A stretch of 64,000 bases of DNA from an uncultured Oscillospiraceae bacterium (lineage in GTDB: Bacteria > Bacillota > Clostridia > Oscillospirales > Oscillospiraceae): assembly GCA_964434135.1 (NCBI GenBank), contig CAYSTN010000001.1:10520-74519 (forward strand). Reading direction: 5' to 3'. Positions 40,417-49,232 of this stretch are shown here, one piece after another. The position numbers and the translations under genes were made by a program. Below the pieces are notes generated by a model that saw nothing but the letters and a program-made list of their open reading frames with translations, did not search any database and was not told the origin of the DNA. Every line of letters starts with the position of its first letter. Within the stretch, counting starts at the first letter, position 1.

Positions 40417-40433
40417 GCAAATTCCTCGTTATC

Positions 40434-41372
40434 TTATTTCAGATATTCATCGACGTTTTCCGTCGTGACCAGAATGAAGGGGATGAGGATCTCCTTGTCA
40501 ACGCTCTCGCCCTTGGCAAGCTTATATGCGGCCTCGATCGAGCCTTCGGCCTGACCCTTGCAGTCCTGATATACGGTCGCGTCCATTTTGCCTTCCTTGA
40601 CGGACTGGAGTGCATCGTCAATGGCATCCACACCGACGACCAGAACCTGATCCTTCTTGCCGGCCTGCACCAGCGCGTTCAGAGCGCCCAGCGCCATTTC
40701 ATCGTTCTGCGCAAAGACGGCATCAATGCTGTCACCGTGCGCCTGAATCCAGTTCTCCATCAGAGTCATGGCCTCTGCGCGATCCCAGTCTGCCGTCTGC
40801 TCGTCGAGCAGCGTCATTTCGGGGTTCTTCGCCAGAACGTCCTTTGCACCCTCAGTGCGCTTGACCTCAGCTGTCTGGCCGGGGTGACCGTGCATCATCA
40901 GAACGTTACCCTTGCCGCCGAGCTGTTCGGCAATAAAGGTCATGGCGATCTCAGCAGACTCGCTGTCATTGCTGCCGACATACGCGTCCGGCTCACTGAC
41001 CGTCAGAGAGTTGCAGTTGACAATGGGGATACCGGCTGCTTTTGCTTTGTCGATGGCCGGGCTGCAGGCTTCCTGTTCCTGCGGCTGCATGACGATGGCA
41101 TCAACCTTTTGCGAAATGAAAGTCTCGACCTGCTGAAGCTGCTTGGCAGCATCGCCGCCGGCATCGACAATGGTCAGTTCCACATCGCCCATTGCTTCGG
41201 CCTTTGCGGTCATATAATCTTTCAAACCGATACCAAACTCTGTGCTGAAGTCCATCAGGGTCACGCCGATTTTCACTTTGTCGCTCTTCTGCGCGCCGCT
41301 GCAGGCCGTCAGGGCCAACAGCATACTGAGTGCCAGAATGAGAAGGATCACGCTGCGAATTGTCTTTTTCAT
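40434..41372 (-). CDS. Monosaccharide ABC transporter substrate-binding lipoprotein (RbsB-like)
   Basis: Lipobox LTAC; VFAQNDEMALGA; VGVD; ATVYQD. Confidence 0.92.
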   Translation of the reverse strand: MKKTIRSVILLILALSMLLALTACSGAQKSDKVKIGVTLMDFSTEFGIGLKDYMTAKAEAMGDVELTIVDAGGDAAKQLQQVETFISQKVDAIVMQPQEQEACSPAIDKAKAAGIPIVNCNSLTVSEPDAYVGSNDSESAEIAMTFIAEQLGGKGNVLMMHGHPGQTAEVKRTEGAKDVLAKNPEMTLLDEQTADWDRAEAMTLMENWIQAHGDSIDAVFAQNDEMALGALNALVQAGKKDQVLVVGVDAIDDALQSVKEGKMDATVYQDCKGQAEGSIEAAYKLAKGESVDKEILIPFILVTTENVDEYLK

Positions 41373-41403
41373 GATCTGGATTCCTTTCTTTTTTGAGAAT
41401 AAT

Positions 41404-42381
41404 TTATTGCCGCTTCTTGTTTCGGTCAAGAAGAACAGCTACAACGATGATCGAGCCTTTTACGATGTCCTGCCAGTACGAGGAAACGCCGAGCAAGTCA
41501 AGGCCATTTGCGATGACGGCAATGATAAGCGCACCGACGACCGTTCCCGGGATGCCACCGGTACCACCGGACAGGCTTGTCCCGCCGACAACGGCAGAGG
41601 CGATCGCGTCGAGTTCATAGCCTTCGCCTGCACCGGGATGACCGGTGATAACGCGTGAAGAGAGGATCACGCCCGCAAGTCCCGCGCAGCAGCCGCTGAC
41701 AACGTGAACGAACATTTTGACCTTATTGGGGCTGATGCCGCAGGCTTCGGCAGCGTTGGAGTTGCCGCCAACCGCATAGACATAACGTCCGATACGAAGA
41801 TGTGCCAAAACCAGATGCCCGATCAAGACAACACACAGGAAGATAATGACAGGACACGGAATCAAACCGAATACATTATGGTTTCCGATCCATCCGTAGG
41901 TATCGCCCAGACTGGAGATCGGACGGCCACCTGCGATCAGCAGCGCAACACCGCGAATGATCGTCAAAAAGCCGAGCGTCACGATATAGGGCGCAAGCTT
42001 TCCTTTGGTGACAAGCGCACCAATGATTGCGCCGACCAGCACACCGGACAAAATGCCGCACGCGAACCCGACTGCGACCGGCGCTCCGGCCTTGACGACC
42101 ATTGCCGAAATGACACCGGCCAGTCCGACCACAGAGCCGATGGAGATATCAATGCCGCCTGTAATCAGGACATAGGTGATTCCAACGGCCAGAATGCCGT
42201 TGATCGAGGTCTGATTCAGAACAAGGATCAGGTTTGACGGCGTAAGAAATGACGGACGCAAAATACTGATGACGATAAGCAGCAGTAAAAATGCGATTAC
42301 GATTGCATATTTTTCGAACAATTCCTTCGCTGTGCGCGGTTTTGCGTACAGCAGGGCAGACTCTGTTTTCTTCATATCCAT
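41404..42381 (-). CDS. Monosaccharide ABC transporter permease (RbsC-like)
   Basis: TGGIDISIGS, GRYVYAVGGN, YELDAIASAVVGGTSLSGG. Confidence 0.94.
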   Translation of the reverse strand: MDMKKTESALLYAKPRTAKELFEKYAIVIAFLLLLIVISILRPSFLTPSNLILVLNQTSINGILAVGITYVLITGGIDISIGSVVGLAGVISAMVVKAGAPVAVGFACGILSGVLVGAIIGALVTKGKLAPYIVTLGFLTIIRGVALLIAGGRPISSLGDTYGWIGNHNVFGLIPCPVIIFLCVVLIGHLVLAHLRIGRYVYAVGGNSNAAEACGISPNKVKMFVHVVSGCCAGLAGVILSSRVITGHPGAGEGYELDAIASAVVGGTSLSGGTGGIPGTVVGALIIAVIANGLDLLGVSSYWQDIVKGSIIVVAVLLDRNKKRQ

Positions 42382-42395
42382 GTAAAACCCTCTCT

Positions 42396-43874
42396 TTATG
42401 CCAGCATCATTTCCATAATTGCCTGCTGGGAAGCGTCTTTTCGCAGAAGCTCACCTTTTTTCTTCCCTTCGTGGATCACCACGATCCGATCACTCATGCC
42501 TAAGATCTCGGGCATTTCGGAAGAGATCAGGATCACGCCTTTGCCTTGCTGTGCAAGCTCGGAGATCATTTTGTGAATCTCCGCTTTCGCGCCTACGTCA
42601 ATACCGCGGGTCGGCTCATCCAGAATGATGACTTCCGGCAGACACAACAGCGTCTTTGCCAGGACGATCTTCTGCTGGTTGCCGCCGGAAAGGTTGGCAG
42701 CGATCTGCTCTGCGCTGGGCGTTTTGATGGCAAACTCATGAATTTGCGCTTCCGCGACCCGTTTTTCCTCGCGGCTGCGAATCCATCCGTGCCTGCAATA
42801 GCTGCGCAAATTTGACATGGTTATGTTTTCGCGCACAGTCATGCCAAGCACCAGTCCGACCGAACGGCGATCTTCACTGACATAGCCGATGCCCTGATTC
42901 AAAGCATCCCGGCTGTTGCGGATGTGCAGCTGCTTTCCCTTCAGGCGGATCGTCCCATCGTTGAGCGGGTCAAGACCAAAAATCGCGCGCATGATCTCCG
43001 TGCGTCCTGCACCCATCAAACCGGCCACACCCAGAATTTCTCCGCGATTGAGCGTGAAACTGATGTCCGTGAAGCGCCCGCCGGACAGATGCTCGACCTG
43101 GAACAGCGCTTCTTGCGTCGGTGTGTTGGACTTTGGGAACATATCGCCGATCTTACGGCCGACCATCATGGAGATGAGTTCGGACTCCGTAACCTGTTCG
43201 CGCGGAAGACTGTTGATGTAGCAGCCGTCGCGCATGACCGTTACGCGGTCAGCGATTTGGAACACTTCGTCCATTTTGTGCGTGATATAAATGATCGCGA
43301 CGCCTTTTTCACGAAGCTTTTCGATGATCTTAAACAAGACGCGAACTTCTTCCGATGTAATGGCGGAAGTCGGCTCATCCATGATAAGCACACGCGCATT
43401 GTTGGAGACGGCACGCGCGATCTCGACCATTTGCTGCTGCGAAACGCTCAGGTCGCACATCTTGCTTGTCGGATTCAGTTGGATCTCCATCTCATCGAGC
43501 AGGTCTTTTGTGAATGTAAGCATTTTTTGCTTTTTCAACCACTGACCCTGCACGAATTCCTTGCCGAGAAAGATATTGTCTGCCACGCTCAGGGCAGGAA
43601 CGTAGTTTAGCTCCTGGTGGATCATCGATATGCCAAGAGCAGCCGCATCCCGGATGGAATGGATCTCAACAGGCGCTCCGTCTATGCGGATTTCTCCGCT
43701 GTCTTTTTGATAAGAGCCGTTGATGATATTCATCAGCGTCGACTTTCCTGCACCATTTTCGCCCATTAAGGCATGAACCTCGCCGGCAAAAATTTTCAGC
43801 TGCATTCCATCCAACGCTTTGACACCCGGGAAGGACTTGGATATACCATTCAGCTCCAAAACGAGTTGACTCAT
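42396..43874 (-). CDS. Monosaccharide ABC transporter ATP-binding protein (RbsA-like)
   Basis: GENGAGKST, DEPTS, LSGGNQQK, DEPTRGIDVGAK. Confidence 0.95.
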   Translation of the reverse strand: MSQLVLELNGISKSFPGVKALDGMQLKIFAGEVHALMGENGAGKSTLMNIINGSYQKDSGEIRIDGAPVEIHSIRDAAALGISMIHQELNYVPALSVADNIFLGKEFVQGQWLKKQKMLTFTKDLLDEMEIQLNPTSKMCDLSVSQQQMVEIARAVSNNARVLIMDEPTSAITSEEVRVLFKIIEKLREKGVAIIYITHKMDEVFQIADRVTVMRDGCYINSLPREQVTESELISMMVGRKIGDMFPKSNTPTQEALFQVEHLSGGRFTDISFTLNRGEILGVAGLMGAGRTEIMRAIFGLDPLNDGTIRLKGKQLHIRNSRDALNQGIGYVSEDRRSVGLVLGMTVRENITMSNLRSYCRHGWIRSREEKRVAEAQIHEFAIKTPSAEQIAANLSGGNQQKIVLAKTLLCLPEVIILDEPTRGIDVGAKAEIHKMISELAQQGKGVILISSEMPEILGMSDRIVVIHEGKKKGELLRKDASQQAIMEMMLA

Positions 43875-43906
43875 GGGCAGCACCTCTCTGCGTTACAGTT
43901 TACAAT

Positions 43907-44404
43907 TTAGTCTGCAAGCTTGATTTGACGCTCTTCAGGGATATGTGCAACGATGCAGTCATTTGCATACGTGCGCTCCGGCAGGAGAACCATCACGTTC
44001 ACAACATCCTGTGTGCAGGGGAATGCGGCAAAGTGCCAGGTTCCCGGACGCATATAGACTGCTGTGCCCTTCGGTACGCGGAACAGCTCAAACTTTTCAA
44101 AGGGGGGATCGTCGATGTCGGATCTGGGGCCGACGTGGATATAAATGTCTCCGTCGAGCGGCAGGACAACCTCGCCGCAATTACGATGGATCTCTGTGGT
44201 GTCGACGACCACCGGGCGCTTCATCACACGGGAAGTCGAAATGCCGACAGGCGACGAAGACGCGGTGTTATACACCAGCTGGTCACAGAAGAACTCGTGA
44301 ATAGCAGGGCCAACAGATACTTTATCGGGATCGATCAGATTCGAAAAAGCACCGTACTTGTCGAAGCTCTCCAAAGACAGCTCTTTTGCAGGAATTTCTC
44401 TCAT
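43907..44404 (-). CDS. Ureidoglycolate lyase-like cupin
   Basis: ELSLESFDKYG, EIH..CGE, G..V.M.PGTWH. Confidence 0.75.
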   Translation of the reverse strand: MREIPAKELSLESFDKYGAFSNLIDPDKVSVGPAIHEFFCDQLVYNTASSSPVGISTSRVMKRPVVVDTTEIHRNCGEVVLPLDGDIYIHVGPRSDIDDPPFEKFELFRVPKGTAVYMRPGTWHFAAFPCTQDVVNVMVLLPERTYANDCIVAHIPEERQIKLAD

Positions 44405-44419
44405 TTTTGTTTCCTCCGT

Positions 44420-44468
44420 TTACTTTATCGGTTGAGTACAGTATAGTACCGCCTGCATTATTTGTCAA
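44420..44468 (-). promoter_or_regulatory. Sigma-A promoter plus operator for leftward cupin-ABC-SDR operon
   Basis: Minus strand TTGACA-17 bp-TATACT (44468-44440), followed by TACTCAACCGATAAAGTAA (44438-44420). Confidence 0.75.
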
Positions 44469-44532
44469 CACCAAAAAACGACCTGATTTTTTGGCCATAA
44501 TGCACAATTATTTCTTTTTTCAAGTTTGACAA

Positions 44533-44595
44533 TTGCGCATCGCTTCGTTCCGTGCTATAATCCGACCCGAAAGTTACTAAACCGTTATAGTAACT
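44533..44595 (+). promoter_or_regulatory. Extended -10 promoter plus palindromic operator for the transketolase genes
   Basis: TTGCGC-17 bp-TATAAT with TGn; AGTTACTA-AACCGTTA-TAGTAACT (44572-44595). Confidence 0.7.
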
Positions 44596-44626
44596 ACACT
44601 TTAAATAGAAAGGGACGATTTCTTTG

Positions 44627-45469
44627 ATGACAGACACCCGCGAAAGGGAACTGGCGCTGCAAGCCCAAACCATCCGGATCACCGGATTAAAGATGGTACA
44701 AAACAGTCGGTCTGGGCACATTGGCGGAGCATTCTCCATGGCAGAGCTTATGGCGGTACTCTATTTTGATAAGATGCACCTGCGTCCGGAGCAGCCGGAC
44801 TGGCCGGAACGCGACCGTTTCGTACTCTCCAAGGGACATTGCACCGTTGCGCTGTACCCCACGCTCGCACTGCGCGGCTTTTTCCCGGTCGAGCGGCTCA
44901 GTGAATTTCGCAAACTCGACGGCCAGCTGTCCGGCCACGCAGAAATGCGCCACGTTCCCGGCGTGGATATGTCGACCGGTTCGCTCGGTCAGGGCTTCTC
45001 TGCTGCTCTCGGTATGGCCATGGCCGCAAAACTCGCCGGCCTGCCCAGTACGGTTTATGCCATTATGGGCGATGGCGAAATCCAGGAGGGGCAGTTCTGG
45101 GAAGCTTGCCTGTATGCCGGTGCGCATGGCGTAGACAATCTCATTGGTATCGTGGATTCCAACAAAGTCCAGCTCGATGGCCGCATCAGCGAAGTTCTCG
45201 ACACCGGTGATCTGGAAGCGAAATTCAAAGATTTCGGTTTCTTTGTCCAGTCCATAGACGGGCATGATGTGCGCGCCGTGTCGGAAGCGCTCGATCGGGC
45301 GAAGGCCGAACCGGGCCGCCCCAGCATGATCGTTGCCAACACCGTAAAAGGTAAGGGCGTCAGCTTTATGGAGAACACGAACAAGTGGCACGGCCGCGTT
45401 CCGAACGATGCGGAATTTGCCGCTGCATTTGCGGAACTGTATCGGCGCAAGGCCGAGTTGGAGGGTTAA
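44627..45469 (+). CDS. Transketolase N-terminal (ThDP-binding) subunit
   Basis: SGHIGG, DRFVLSKGH, STGSLGQG, GDGEIQEG, TVKGKG. Confidence 0.93.
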   Translation: MTDTRERELALQAQTIRITGLKMVQNSRSGHIGGAFSMAELMAVLYFDKMHLRPEQPDWPERDRFVLSKGHCTVALYPTLALRGFFPVERLSEFRKLDGQLSGHAEMRHVPGVDMSTGSLGQGFSAALGMAMAAKLAGLPSTVYAIMGDGEIQEGQFWEACLYAGAHGVDNLIGIVDSNKVQLDGRISEVLDTGDLEAKFKDFGFFVQSIDGHDVRAVSEALDRAKAEPGRPSMIVANTVKGKGVSFMENTNKWHGRVPNDAEFAAAFAELYRRKAELEG

Positions 45470-45472
45470 GCT

Positions 45473-46417
45473 ATGGCAGAAAAAATTGCAACCAGACACG
45501 CCTACGGCGAGGCACTTGCCGAGCTTGGCTGTGATCCACAGATCGTCGCGCTGGATGCCGACGTATCGACCTGCACCATGTCCTGCCTGTTCGGGCAAAA
45601 ATACCCGCAGCGGTTTTTCAACATGGGCATTGCCGAAGCCAACATGATCGGCGCAGCGGCAGGACTTTCGACATTTGGCTTTGTGCCCTTTGTCCACGCA
45701 TTTGCAATGTTTATGGCCGGCCGTGGCTATGACCAGATCCGCAACAGCGTCTGTTATCCCAATTTAAACGTCAAATGCGTCGGCACACACGCAGGCCTGT
45801 CCGTGGGCGAAGATGGTGCAACGCACCAGTGCATCGAAGATATTGCCCTGATGCGCGCGATCCCCAACATGACAGTCGTCTGCCCGGCAGATGCGAACGA
45901 AACGCGCGCTGCGGTTCGCGCCATTGCCGCGTATCAGGGGCCGGTCTATCTGCGGCTGGGTCGGCTGCCGGTGCAGACGGTGACCGATCTGCCGGACTAT
46001 CACTTTGAACTTGGCAAGGCCGTAACACTGCGTGAGGGCACGGATCTGACCATCATTGCCACCGGCCTTGTCGTGGCAGACGCGCTTGCTGCCGCAAACG
46101 AGCTTGCAGCAGAAGGCATTCAGGCTCGTGTGGTCAATATGCACACCATCAAGCCGCTGGATGAAGCTGCTGTCAGAAAGGCAGCGGAACAGACCGGCGC
46201 GATCGTCACGGCCGAAGAACACAACGTCCTCGGCGGATTGGGTGGCGCAGTTGCGGAAGTTGTTTGCGCGAATCAGCCGGTTCCTGTTGTGCGGGTTGGT
46301 GTGCAGGACTGCTTCGGCCATTCCGGCAGTGCGCTGGAACTGCTTGAACGCTATGGCGTCAGCAAAACCGCGATCATCACCGCCGCAAAACAGGCTTACA
46401 AACAGAAAAAATCCTGA
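45473..46417 (+). CDS. Transketolase C-terminal subunit
   Basis: ATRHAYG, GIAEANM, GEDGATHQ, TIKPLD, EEHN..GGLG. Confidence 0.93.
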   Translation: MAEKIATRHAYGEALAELGCDPQIVALDADVSTCTMSCLFGQKYPQRFFNMGIAEANMIGAAAGLSTFGFVPFVHAFAMFMAGRGYDQIRNSVCYPNLNVKCVGTHAGLSVGEDGATHQCIEDIALMRAIPNMTVVCPADANETRAAVRAIAAYQGPVYLRLGRLPVQTVTDLPDYHFELGKAVTLREGTDLTIIATGLVVADALAAANELAAEGIQARVVNMHTIKPLDEAAVRKAAEQTGAIVTAEEHNVLGGLGGAVAEVVCANQPVPVVRVGVQDCFGHSGSALELLERYGVSKTAIITAAKQAYKQKKS

Positions 46418-46458
46418 CACCGGATGGAAGTGAGCCTGTAATTATAGTTTGAAAAACA

Positions 46459-46499
46459 GCAACAGCGCGTCGAAAAAAGTGCTTTCGACGCGCTGTTGC
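46459..46499. terminator. Hairpin after transketolase
   Basis: GCAACAGCGCGTCGAAA / TTTCGACGCGCTGTTGC inverted repeat. Confidence 0.7.
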
Positions 46500-46601
46500 G
46501 TTTGCTGCCGATCAGTCTGAATCGATCATCACCCTCTGGACATCCTGGCTCGGTGTGGTATAATCATTCCGGACACAAGATCGATTTTCGGGAGGGGCAA
46601 A

Positions 46602-47576
46602 ATGTACGAGCTGATGAGCCTGCCGCTCGACAGCGGCACGTTGGTGGAATATGACGGCTGGCCGGCGCTGCGGCAGGAGCTGCGCGCGCTGCGCTGCGAC
46701 GGGCTGGAGGCCATCTGGGGCGGCGAAGCGTTCCCGGCCGGGCTGCCGCAGGAGCTTGTGATCGGCTACCACCTGACGTTTTTCCCGGACTGGCTGGACT
46801 TCTGGCGCGAAGACGAGACGGCGCTTCGGCACAAGTTCGGTTCACTTGAGGCCGCGCGCGCGTTTTACGGCGGCTGGGGTGCGGAGCATCTGCTGCGTTA
46901 CTATCAGGATGATCTGGCGCGCGCGCAGCAGCTTGGCGCGCAGTATGTGGTGTTCCATGTGTCGGATGTTTCCGTCGGGGAAGATTACACCTACCGCTGG
47001 CTGCACGAGAGCCGGGAAGTCATTGACGCGGCGGCAGAGCTGGCCAATCGGCTGCTGCCTGCGCACGACGCAGGGTTCGCGTTTTTGATGGAGAACCAGT
47101 GGTGGCCGGGGCTGACGCTGACCGAGCCTGCGCTGACGCAGCGGCTTTTGGACGCGGTGGCGTATCCCAACCGGGGGTTGCTGCTCGACACGGGGCATTT
47201 GATGAACACCGAGCTGTCGCTGCGCACACAGGCGCAGGGCGCGGCCTATATCCACAAAATGCTTGACGCGCACGGTACGCTGCAAACGGCCATCCGTGCG
47301 GTACACCTGCACCAGTCGCTCAGCGGCGCGTATGTCGCGGCCAATTGCGGCCATCTGCCGGAAGACTTCCCGACCGACTATCTGGAACAGTTTGCCGCAA
47401 GCTACGGGCATATCCTGCAAATCGACCAGCACCAGCCGTGGACGGATGGCGCAGTGCGTGAGCTTGTCGCGCGTATCGCGCCGGACTACCTTGTGCATGA
47501 GCTGACCGGCCGCAGCCGTGCGGCGCGCCTGGCTGCCATCCAGACCCAAACCCGCACGCTCCACCCGGAGCGGTGA
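46602..47576 (+). CDS. Xylose isomerase/AP endonuclease 2-like TIM barrel protein
   Basis: YVVFH, MENQWWPG, LDTGH, HLHQS, DQH, HE metal-ligand pattern; GGAGG RBS. Confidence 0.78.
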   Translation: MYELMSLPLDSGTLVEYDGWPALRQELRALRCDGLEAIWGGEAFPAGLPQELVIGYHLTFFPDWLDFWREDETALRHKFGSLEAARAFYGGWGAEHLLRYYQDDLARAQQLGAQYVVFHVSDVSVGEDYTYRWLHESREVIDAAAELANRLLPAHDAGFAFLMENQWWPGLTLTEPALTQRLLDAVAYPNRGLLLDTGHLMNTELSLRTQAQGAAYIHKMLDAHGTLQTAIRAVHLHQSLSGAYVAANCGHLPEDFPTDYLEQFAASYGHILQIDQHQPWTDGAVRELVARIAPDYLVHELTGRSRAARLAAIQTQTRTLHPER

Positions 47577-47622
47577 TCTGCATCTGCCCACGTGCCGACC
47601 GCTTCGTTTTTTGGCAAATCAC

Positions 47623-47654
47623 AAACAGGGCTTCCCGGACGGGAAGCCCTGTTT
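47623..47654. terminator. Bidirectional terminator
   Basis: AAACAGGGCTTCCC / GGGAAGCCCTGTTT between convergent genes. Confidence 0.7.
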
Positions 47655-47658
47655 GCCG

Positions 47659-47832
47659 TTATTCCATTGCACTGGTGATCGTCTGCACGAGTTTTCCGGT
47701 TTCTGCCTCGATGGCCTTGGCCGCCTGCTTCGTCAGGCGGTAGGCATCGCTGTTTTTCGGCAGCATCATCGCGCCCAGAGCCCCGGCGACAACACCCGCA
47801 CCCATGGTCAAAAAGAAGCCGCGTACTTTCAT
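47659..47832 (-). CDS. 57-aa small membrane-anchored protein (YtxH-like), absent from ORF track
   Basis: Manual translation MKVRGFFLTMGAGVVAGALGAMMLPKNSDAYRLTKQAAKAIEAETGKLVQTITSAME; stop just before terminator. Confidence 0.7.
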   Translation of the reverse strand: MKVRGFFLTMGAGVVAGALGAMMLPKNSDAYRLTKQAAKAIEAETGKLVQTITSAME

Positions 47833-47849
47833 CCGCCTGTCTCCCGCGC

Positions 47850-48131
47850 TCAGCGCACAGCGGCATCCGACGCATACGGGTGCGTCTGCCGCACGTCATA
47901 GTCGGCCTGATAGCGCGTGGCCGTGCCGCCCTGATAGCCATTTACATAGCCATTTGCGCCATTTACATAACCAGTTGTTCTGTTTACATAACTATTCGTG
48001 CCGTTTACATAACCATTTCGGGTGGTGGAAACGTTCGAATATCGCCCGTTATACGGCTGAATTTGCGCGCAGGCAGTCAAAAAAGTTGCGAGAAGCAATG
48101 CGGTCAGTAGAAAAAGTAAGCCTTTTTTCAT
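47850..48131 (-). CDS. Small lipoprotein with xxGYVNG heptad repeats
   Basis: AGGAGG RBS, signal peptide with lipobox LTAC, repeats NGYVNGT/NSYVNRT/TGYVNGA/NGYVNGY. Confidence 0.75.
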   Translation of the reverse strand: MKKGLLFLLTALLLATFLTACAQIQPYNGRYSNVSTTRNGYVNGTNSYVNRTTGYVNGANGYVNGYQGGTATRYQADYDVRQTHPYASDAAVR

Positions 48132-48319
48132 CAAAAATTCCTCCTTTTTTGCGAATTTTCGCTTCGCTGTGCGTAGTATTTGCATGAAAAAGCGCCGGTA
48201 TACAAGGCGTTTTTGACAGCGCGCGCAATTTGCACCAGCGTGGCGAAAAATGCTATTGAAAGTTTTAAAAAATGCTGTATAATAAATAGAAAACAATGAA
48301 AAAAGAGAAGGAGAACCCT

Positions 48320-48706
48320 ATGAAAAAGCTGTCGATCAAAAAAGGCGTGCAGTGCATGGCCTGTTTGGAGTGCGTGCGCGCCTGCTCCAATGCCTACTAT
48401 AAAGAATTTCATCCGGACAAGGCTGCGCTCCAGATCGTCCAGCGCGGCGATGCGGCGCGTCCGATGGTCTGCGTCCAGTGCGGCAAGTGCGCCGCGGCCT
48501 GCCCGGCGGGCGCGATCACCCAGAACCCCAAGGGCGTGTACATGATTAACCGCAAGCTCTGCACCGGCTGCGGCCAGTGCGTCGAGGCCTGTCCGTTCGG
48601 TCTGATCGTCAAGGACGAGAACACGCCGTTCTCCACCAAATGCACCGCCTGCGGCATCTGCGTCAAGGCTTGCCCAATGGAGCTTTTGGAGATCGTCGAA
48701 AAGTAA
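48320..48706 (+). CDS. 4Fe-4S dicluster ferredoxin
   Basis: Four CxxCxxCxxxC motifs; AAGGAG RBS. Confidence 0.92.
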   Translation: MKKLSIKKGVQCMACLECVRACSNAYYKEFHPDKAALQIVQRGDAARPMVCVQCGKCAAACPAGAITQNPKGVYMINRKLCTGCGQCVEACPFGLIVKDENTPFSTKCTACGICVKACPMELLEIVEK

Positions 48707-48815
48707 AAACGGCCGAAAAGCGGCCAGCGTGGTTGAAATTGTAGATTTTCTACAATTTCAACCATTTATTTTTGTGCGAGGTTATGCGGTTAACCTTTGC
48801 ATTTTGTGCTGTGGA

Positions 48816-49232
48816 GCGCTAGAATTGGTGCAAAAGGGGAGAGCCGGAACGGAGTTTTTCGGCGCGCGGAAGACGAGAGGGTAAGCCGGGGAAGACAGAC
48901 GGCAAGCGGAAGACACGGGGGCAAGCGGATGCAAGTAGGCAGAACGCGGAAGACGCGAAGGTAAGCGGATGCAAACAGACAGAATGCGGAAAGCACGGGA
49001 GAAACGGATGAAAGCGACAGCGGCTTTTATTGCGGTTTGGCGCAGCGGGCTGTGCCAGTGGCGCTGGAATTGGTGCAAAAGGGGAGAGCCGGAACGGAGT
49101 TTTTCGGCGCGCGGAAGACGCGGGGGTAAGCGGATGCAAACAGACAGAACGTGGAAAGCATGGGGGTGAGTCGATGAAAAGAAACAGATCGTTTTATCGT
49201 GATGTGGCGCAGCGGGCTGTGCCGGTGGCGCT
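48816..49232 (+). repeat. Degenerate tandem duplication of MATE 5' region containing 40-bp subrepeats
   Basis: GCGCT(A/G)GAATTGGTGCAAAAGGGGAGAGCCGGAACGG at 48816 and 49061; GCGGAA-initiated units at 48866, 48906, 48946, 48986, 49111. Confidence 0.85.

Noticed and set aside
44526-44561. TTGACA paired with TATAAT as the transketolase promoter
   Set aside because: Spacing is 24 bp; extended -10 with TTGCGC at 17 bp fits better.
48866-49150. 40-bp periodic repeats as a CRISPR array
   Set aside because: Units are contiguous and degenerate along their whole length, with no unique spacers and no cas genes.
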